From: Aliivibrio fischeri ES114
GTDB lineage: Bacteria > Pseudomonadota > Gammaproteobacteria > Enterobacterales > Vibrionaceae
DNA: 32,000 bases
NCBI RefSeq assembly: GCF_000011805.1
Contig: NC_006840.2
Direction: 5' to 3' (one strand)
In this document: piece by piece, positions 25,994 to 32,000 of the stretch
Layout of the letters: every line of letters begins with the position of its first letter
Position numbering within the stretch: the stretch's first letter is position 1
Notes under the pieces: generated by a model
What the model was told of the DNA's origin: nothing
The model's input: only the letters and a program-made list of their open reading frames with translations
Database searches by the model: none
Made by a program: the position numbers and the translations under genes

Positions 25994-26031
25994 AAAAAGG
26001 CCTGATAGTTCTAACACTATCAGGCCTTTTT
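25994..26031. terminator. Bidirectional terminator
   Basis: AAAAAGGCCTGATAGT-TCTAAC-ACTATCAGGCCTTTTT, perfect 16-bp stem. Confidence 0.9.
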
Positions 26032-26072
26032 ATTTCAATATCAAAGACAATTACTGCCTACAAATATTGGAA

Positions 26073-26345
26073 TTATTCATCACCCATGAAGCTCATATCT
26101 GGCAATGATTCTAAGTTTTCTTTATAACGCTTTTGATTAAACTCTGCGCCATTTTTCATTACATCAAAGACTTCAATTGCAAGCGCACACGCCATCATTT
26201 CAATCGCTTCTTCACGTGGGTTACCCGTCATAACTAAGCGCATTAATGTTTCTTTAACTGCAATTGGGTTACCGTCTTCAATTTGATTTTTTACGGTTTC
26301 AATCAGTGTTTCTTCCGTCATGAAATCGTCTAGTTGTTCTGTCAT
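26073..26345 (-). CDS. Small acidic hypothetical protein (90 aa)
   Basis: MTEQLDDFMTEETLIETVKNQIEDGNPIAVKETLMRLVMTGNPREEAIEMMACALAIEVFDVMKNG...; ORF bounded by a terminator downstream. Family not recognised. Confidence 0.75.
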   Translation of the reverse strand: MTEQLDDFMTEETLIETVKNQIEDGNPIAVKETLMRLVMTGNPREEAIEMMACALAIEVFDVMKNGAEFNQKRYKENLESLPDMSFMGDE

Positions 26346-26632
26346 GGATACTACTCACTTAATAATTTTGTCTACTATGCCATAGAAAAAGTAAAAAAAC
26401 GCATTCATTTGGAAAATATTAACAGTAGAAAAATCGACTTTAACATCAAGTATCCATATAAAAACAAAATGCAACAGAAGTTAGACATGCAAAAAAAATA
26501 TCGGAAAAAATCTCAGAAAATAAAAATGCTCACTTTTAGTGCAAACACTCTAAATAATTAAAGGGGTAATATTCCCTTTTCATTTTTTATAAATACAATC
26601 CGCATCTCATTTTTCAGCCTCTTACATTTTAT

Positions 26633-28252
26633 ATGTTTACTTTTCTAAAAAACGTTAAATTAAAAACACAATTACTAGGTTTAAGTTGGATCACTATTAG
26701 CTTTTTCTTTTTAGTCATTTATATCTCATTTAAATATTTTGAAACTGCACAAAAAGAATCAAGTCTTCAAATATCAAATGCAGTAAATACAATCAATTTT
26801 GTGAATGACCAAGAAGTAACTCAACTGTGGGTTATACGTGTTCATTATTTTCGTTCACTTCAAGATAATAAATACCGTCAAACCTATACAAACGCATTAA
26901 ATACTTGGTATGCCGACGTTAACAAATCATTTAAAGATGACGGTCAACAATCAACTAAAGAACGAAAAATGGCGTTTGATGCTTACTATCAACACATGAC
27001 ACAAACAGAAACCGTACTAGACAATTACGCTAATGGCTTAATATCAAAAAACGAACTTAGACAATGGCAAGACAAAGCAAGTATGTTAGGCATGGATGTG
27101 GTCGATAAATTAAATTTATTTACTACTGAGCTTTCTAATCGTGTTGATGATTCGATATCAAATTCTGAAGAAAAGTTTTCTTCCTTAATTACCATGTTCA
27201 GTATGATTAGTTTTCTTTTCTCTGTATTAATGCTTGCTATTTCATTTGTATTATCAAACTCAATTGTTAATCCAATTATTTCTATAAAAGATGCAATGCT
27301 GAAAATTGCAGAGGGTGATTTATCATCAAAGCAACCAGAAGATAATGGTTCAAATGAACTCGCTCAATTAACTTATAGTATGAATCAAACCGTTGATAAA
27401 TTAGCTACCATAGCTCAAGGCTCCCATTCTATTGCAGAAAATGTATCTTCAGCTTCACTAGCATTAACAAACGTGATGGAAGAATCAACAGTCAATGTCC
27501 AAATTGAATTAGAGCAAATTGAGCAAGTTGCGACAGCCGTAAATGAATTATCTCAAACCGCAACAGAAGTTAGCCTTAATGCTTCTAATGCAGAAAAAGC
27601 AACCGTCAATGCAAATAATAGCATTTCAGAAGGTTACGATGCATTAGAGCGTTCAAAACACATTGCTGAAAAAATTAATGATTCGGTAAAAGAATCAGCA
27701 ACGATAGTAAATCAATTGCGTGAATATTCTTCTGATATTGGTTCAGTCGTTGAAGTGATTAATAACATTTCTGAACAAACGAATTTATTAGCACTTAATG
27801 CTGCTATTGAAGCAGCGAGAGCTGGTGAACAAGGAAGAGGATTTGCGGTTGTTGCAGATGAAGTTCGAGCATTAGCGGCAAAAACTCAACATTCAACGGT
27901 TAGTATTCAAGAGATTATTTCCAAATTACAAGAACAAGCTGAGAAGGCAGATCAGCATATGACTGAAAACTCACATTTAGTCGGAGAATCTCAATTCATC
28001 GCAGAAGAGGTGAATACGACGTTCAATCAAATCTCGAACGCTGTACTTCATATTTCAGAAATGAATACACTTGTTGCAACAGCTTCTGAAGAGCAGGCGT
28101 GTGTAACTCAAGAAATAACAAAAAATATCATGTTAACTTCAGAAATGGTTAATCAAAATGCTGAGAGCATCAAAAAGAATGCTCAGGAAAGTGAAGTATT
28201 AGCTCAACAGTCTGAAGAACAAAAACACCTTCTATCTTTCTTTAAAATCTAA
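26633..28252 (+). CDS. Methyl-accepting chemotaxis protein
   Basis: Two transmembrane segments around a periplasmic region, HAMP-like linker, and the signalling hairpin [37 protein letters not shown]. Confidence 0.96.
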   Translation: MFTFLKNVKLKTQLLGLSWITISFFFLVIYISFKYFETAQKESSLQISNAVNTINFVNDQEVTQLWVIRVHYFRSLQDNKYRQTYTNALNTWYADVNKSFKDDGQQSTKERKMAFDAYYQHMTQTETVLDNYANGLISKNELRQWQDKASMLGMDVVDKLNLFTTELSNRVDDSISNSEEKFSSLITMFSMISFLFSVLMLAISFVLSNSIVNPIISIKDAMLKIAEGDLSSKQPEDNGSNELAQLTYSMNQTVDKLATIAQGSHSIAENVSSASLALTNVMEESTVNVQIELEQIEQVATAVNELSQTATEVSLNASNAEKATVNANNSISEGYDALERSKHIAEKINDSVKESATIVNQLREYSSDIGSVVEVINNISEQTNLLALNAAIEAARAGEQGRGFAVVADEVRALAAKTQHSTVSIQEIISKLQEQAEKADQHMTENSHLVGESQFIAEEVNTTFNQISNAVLHISEMNTLVATASEEQACVTQEITKNIMLTSEMVNQNAESIKKNAQESEVLAQQSEEQKHLLSFFKI

Positions 28253-28277
28253 TACATACTCGATACAAAAGTATAAG

Positions 28278-28613
28278 CTATTTCGTATTGAACATTTTTT
28301 TACCGCTTTTATCTTGATCAGACCAAAAATTAATATTGAATTGAGCATCGTCACTTAACTCAATACGATGCCAATATTGAGGTGGGCTTGTAGCAAACTG
28401 TCCTGCATTAATAACAACTTTAATCTCAGGTTCTGTTGCTTCTGAATTTGCAAATCCATAATAAGTGACAACCCCTTCCATAACACAGATCTGTCCGAAT
28501 ACATCTACAGCTGTATTATGATGAGTTAGTAGTGCCTCAGGTACATTATCTTTAGTAAAGAATGGCGTTGAACGTTGAATTGTCCAATTTTTTGGGATAC
28601 GTAAATGACTCAT
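28278..28613 (-). CDS. DUF1971 / YeaR-like cupin-fold protein
   Basis: FTKDNVPEALLTHHNTAVDVFGQICVMEGVVTYYGF...SPPQYWHRIELSDDAQFNINFW. Confidence 0.8.
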   Translation of the reverse strand: MSHLRIPKNWTIQRSTPFFTKDNVPEALLTHHNTAVDVFGQICVMEGVVTYYGFANSEATEPEIKVVINAGQFATSPPQYWHRIELSDDAQFNINFWSDQDKSGKKMFNTK

Positions 28614-28658
28614 AATATTTCTCCAAATTGTTTTGTATGATTCAAACAGAGCGAATCA

Positions 28659-29432
28659 CTACCAATAATTTTCTGAGCTAAATTGCCCAAGTTTCCGACG
28701 TAAATGCTTTTCAAAACCTAATTCTTTTAGTGCGTCAGATGTGTCTTTAACCATGTTTGGGTTACCACAAATATATAAGAAGCTAGATGTTTTACTAAGT
28801 TGAAGTTCTGCTCTCTTTTCAAGCTCTCCGTTGAGTAATAAAGACGGGATTCGTCCACATAAAGCTCCGCTGACATATTCTCTAGAAACAATTGGTACAT
28901 AATGAAACCTCTTGTTATATCGTTTAGATAACTGTTCAATTCGTTGTTGATAAATCAGTTCAGACTCTGTTCTTACCGCATGAACTAACACAAAATTTTT
29001 AAAGCGTATTTCAAGTTCTGGTGTTTCTAATATCGATATAAATGGGCCAATGGCAGTACCTGTTGAAAGCAACCAAAAATCATCTGCATTTTTAGGAACT
29101 TCATCAATAGTCATAAAACCACTGGCGTCTTTACCTACAAAAATCTCGTCACCAGAATTCAGTTTTTGCAAACAAGGAGATAACTCTCCCTTTTGATCGG
29201 CTATGATCAGAAATTCCATTCGCTCTCGCCCTTCAATATGCTCAGGGGTATTTACGATAGAATAAGCTCTTCTTACCCAGTCACCTTTATCATTTAATAA
29301 TGCCAACTTGGTAAACTGTCCCGCTTGATAAGCATTGATTGGCGCTTCAACAAACAGACTAAATAATCTATCCGTCCAATCATGGCGTTTTAAGACAACG
29401 CCTTTAATTAAGCCATGAGGAATTTCTGTCAT
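28659..29432 (-). CDS. Ferredoxin/flavodoxin--NADP+ reductase (Fpr-like)
   Basis: AGQFTKLAL, RRAYSIVNTP FAD-binding motif, LLSTGTAIGPFISIL, YICGNPNMV. Confidence 0.9.
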   Translation of the reverse strand: MTEIPHGLIKGVVLKRHDWTDRLFSLFVEAPINAYQAGQFTKLALLNDKGDWVRRAYSIVNTPEHIEGRERMEFLIIADQKGELSPCLQKLNSGDEIFVGKDASGFMTIDEVPKNADDFWLLSTGTAIGPFISILETPELEIRFKNFVLVHAVRTESELIYQQRIEQLSKRYNKRFHYVPIVSREYVSGALCGRIPSLLLNGELEKRAELQLSKTSSFLYICGNPNMVKDTSDALKELGFEKHLRRKLGQFSSENYW

Positions 29433-29445
29433 AGTTCACCTCTTT

Positions 29446-30594
29446 TTAATTCGTTGTATTTAACTCTCTAAATAGTGGGAAAGCATTTTTAACTCGCTCA
29501 TTTGTCACTACAAATCCCGTTAATTGATTATTTATGTTGTAAGCTTTAGCACACAAGCCTTGTGTATCAATATCAACAGACCATCGCTCGATATCAGTGG
29601 ATGTATTGCCAGCTAACTGTATTGGATAATTAGGTGTTTTCACTTTCACCATCATATTAGGCATAGAAAGAGCAGTATCTGTACCTAATAGTGTTTTGGC
29701 TAATGCATTCGCGCTTAATAAAATAGGTTGAAGATACGCCATAACTTTGCCTTCAATTTCCGCACAGTCACCTAAAGCATAGATATTATTAGCTGATGTT
29801 TGTAAATTTAAATCCACCACAATTCCCCGATTAACCATGAGATTTGCTTCTGTTGCTAATTTCGTATTAGGTTTTAATCCTGCTGCCGATATTACGCAAT
29901 CAACATAATATGAATGACCATTACTGGTTGTTACTCTGTAACCTTGTTCTTGCTTATTCACGGCTTGCACACAATCGGATAAATTGACAGTAATTCCCTT
30001 TTCTTTACAAGCTTTCTCAAGCGGTAAAGAGATAAAATCAGGCACCATATTGGCTAATAAATGGGTATTTGGTTCAACCAAGGTCACCATTTTTCCTGCA
30101 TTTGCCAAATCCATTGCGAGCTCTGTACCTATTAAACCACCACCAACAACAAGTACTTTTTTAGACTCCAGTACTTTTTGTTGAATACCAGCAAATTCTT
30201 TTAGGCTATTTAACGTCAGGATATCTCCACATCCATCACCATGAAAAGGTGGAATAAATGTTTGAGAGCCTGTCGCTAAGACCAATTTTCCATAAGCATA
30301 TTGCTCACCATTTGCAGTAATGGCTTGGATCTCAGTATCTATCGACTCAACCCAAGTGTGCCTATGTAGAATGACATTGTATTGCTCAGCAAAATCCCCT
30401 CCAGATAATGTAACTACCTCTTCTGGGCTTTGTTGTTTTGAAAATACGTGACTCAAATCTGGCTTGTTATAATCGTCACCACTGTCATTCGTAAAGACAT
30501 GAATTGGACAATCATTGTTAGTTCGACGAATGGTTTTAATTAATTGGTAAGAGGCAAAACCACTACCAATAATAACGATAGGTAAACTCATCAT
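29446..30594 (-). CDS. norW: Nitric oxide reductase FlRd-NAD(+) reductase (flavorubredoxin reductase)
   Basis: [65 protein letters not shown]; located directly downstream of norV. Confidence 0.94.
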   Translation of the reverse strand: MMSLPIVIIGSGFASYQLIKTIRRTNNDCPIHVFTNDSGDDYNKPDLSHVFSKQQSPEEVVTLSGGDFAEQYNVILHRHTWVESIDTEIQAITANGEQYAYGKLVLATGSQTFIPPFHGDGCGDILTLNSLKEFAGIQQKVLESKKVLVVGGGLIGTELAMDLANAGKMVTLVEPNTHLLANMVPDFISLPLEKACKEKGITVNLSDCVQAVNKQEQGYRVTTSNGHSYYVDCVISAAGLKPNTKLATEANLMVNRGIVVDLNLQTSANNIYALGDCAEIEGKVMAYLQPILLSANALAKTLLGTDTALSMPNMMVKVKTPNYPIQLAGNTSTDIERWSVDIDTQGLCAKAYNINNQLTGFVVTNERVKNAFPLFRELNTTN

Positions 30595-30605
30595 TTATCC
30601 TCCAA

Positions 30606-32000
30606 CTACTTAATTTCCACAAATACGTCTTTACCTAAATGACATTCAGGGCATAAGAAATCATTAGGAACTGAAGACCACGGTGTATTTGGTTCTACAC
30701 CTTGATTCGGTTCACCAATTTCAGGGTCATAGACCCAATTACAGACCGAGCAAAGCATGCACTGTTTTGCATCTTTTGATGACGTCACTTCTGTCGCTGG
30801 TTTTTCTAGTTCGGCACTTGGTTCAACAAGAACAACCGGTTCTTCTATTGTCTGAATTTTTTTATCGACATTAATTGTATTAAATGTCGTTGTTAATGGT
30901 GCTAACGCCCACTGTTTTGCAATAAATTGTCCATGCTCTCGGCATAATTTCATCGCTTGACCATCTGGTCGCCATTTAGCTTTTAAACCTACTGCGGTTT
31001 CAAAACCAGCATCGGTTAAACGTGAATGGATTCGATCAACAGCACCACCATTCCAACCGTAACTACCAAATGCTCCTGCTTTTTTTGCTCTAAATCGAAG
31101 ACCGGCGATCTCTTCTAACATACCCGCAATTTTAGGCATCATTACATTGTTCATGGTTGATGAACCAACAAGGATCCCTTTTGAGCGGAACACACTGGTT
31201 AAAATATCATTCTTATCTTGACGAGAAACATTGAATACTTTGACTGCAACAGCAGGGTCTACATCGTGAATACCTTGGGCAATAGCATCAGCCATCATTC
31301 GAGTGTTGTTTGACATAGAATCATAAAAAATCGTAATACGATCTTCTTGATAATTATCAGCCCACTCTAAATATTGATGAATAATTTGAGTAGGGTTATC
31401 TCGCCATACACAACCGTGAGAAGTTGCAATCATGTCGACAGGTAAATTGAAGCTTAATACTTCTTTAATTTTAGCGGTAACCAAAGCACTGAATGGCGTA
31501 AGAATATTCGCGTAATAACGTAAACATTGATCCATCAATTCTGTTTGATCTACTTCGTCATTAAATAAACGTTCATCGCAATAATGTTGACCAAATGCAT
31601 CGTTACTAAACAGAATTGCATCACCAGTTAAATAGGTCATCATGCTATCTGGCCAATGAAGCATAGGTGCTTCAACAAAGATCAATTGCTTTCCATTACC
31701 AATATCCAATGCATCACCTGTCTTAATTGGATTAAAATTCCACTCAGGGTGATGATGATGTCCGACAATGGAATCAATCGCATTTTCAGTGCAGTAAATT
31801 GGAGTACCAGGGATCTTCTCCATTAATGCAGCAAGCGCTCCTGAATGATCTTCTTCAGCATGATTAATGACAATGTAATCAATGCTCGCAAGATCAATTT
31901 CCATTTCTAAATTTTGAATAAATTGATGACTAAAACGATGATCGACCGTATCAATAAGCACGGTTTTTTCTTCTTGAATGAGATAGCTGTTATAACTTGT
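30606..32000 (-). CDS. norV: Anaerobic nitric oxide reductase flavorubredoxin, 5' end cut by the window edge
   Basis: [11 protein letters not shown] diiron motif, [20 protein letters not shown] flavodoxin motif, C-terminal rubredoxin CSVCNWVYD...CPEC. The frame stays open to 32000 ([21 protein letters not shown]). Confidence 0.97.
   Translation of the reverse strand, partial: TSYNSYLIQEEKTVLIDTVDHRFSHQFIQNLEMEIDLASIDYIVINHAEEDHSGALAALMEKIPGTPIYCTENAIDSIVGHHHHPEWNFNPIKTGDALDIGNGKQLIFVEAPMLHWPDSMMTYLTGDAILFSNDAFGQHYCDERLFNDEVDQTELMDQCLRYYANILTPFSALVTAKIKEVLSFNLPVDMIATSHGCVWRDNPTQIIHQYLEWADNYQEDRITIFYDSMSNNTRMMADAIAQGIHDVDPAVAVKVFNVSRQDKNDILTSVFRSKGILVGSSTMNNVMMPKIAGMLEEIAGLRFRAKKAGAFGSYGWNGGAVDRIHSRLTDAGFETAVGLKAKWRPDGQAMKLCREHGQFIAKQWALAPLTTTFNTINVDKKIQTIEEPVVLVEPSAELEKPATEVTSSKDAKQCMLCSVCNWVYDPEIGEPNQGVEPNTPWSSVPNDFLCPECHLGKDVFVEIK

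Noticed and set aside
26334-26561. 75-aa + strand ORF
   Set aside because: Very lysine/asparagine-rich in AT-rich DNA, overlaps the start of the minus-strand gene, and no clear coding signature. I treat the region as non-coding.

Overview
This 32 kb window looks like core chromosome from a Vibrionaceae member, probably Aliivibrio-like judging by protein character (inference only). Left to right it carries: metG (5' end cut by the window edge); a minus-strand block cmk-rpsA-ihfB-lapA-lapB-pyrF; aroA (minus); aat-bpt-infA (plus); clpA/clpS (minus), divergent from cspD; a probable DUF4136-like lipoprotein; selO/ydiU (minus); tRNA-Arg(TCT) (minus); folD (plus); the stress module prkA/yeaG-yeaH-ycgB(SpoVR-like); monomeric NADP-isocitrate dehydrogenase (minus); rluE (plus); a 57-aa lipoprotein missing from the ORF track; a small conserved-looking hypothetical protein; a methyl-accepting chemotaxis protein; and a nitric-oxide detoxification operon read norV > norW > fpr-like > DUF1971/yeaR-like (norV cut by the right edge). 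I found no phage, IS element, CRISPR array, defence island or toxin-antitoxin pair. The most interesting items are the clustering of N-degron pathway genes, the composition of the NO operon, the partly uncharacterised prkA-yeaH-ycgB module, the unannotated small lipoprotein, and a small group of ATACCA-armed intergenic palindromes. I see no convincing evidence of a previously undescribed system.
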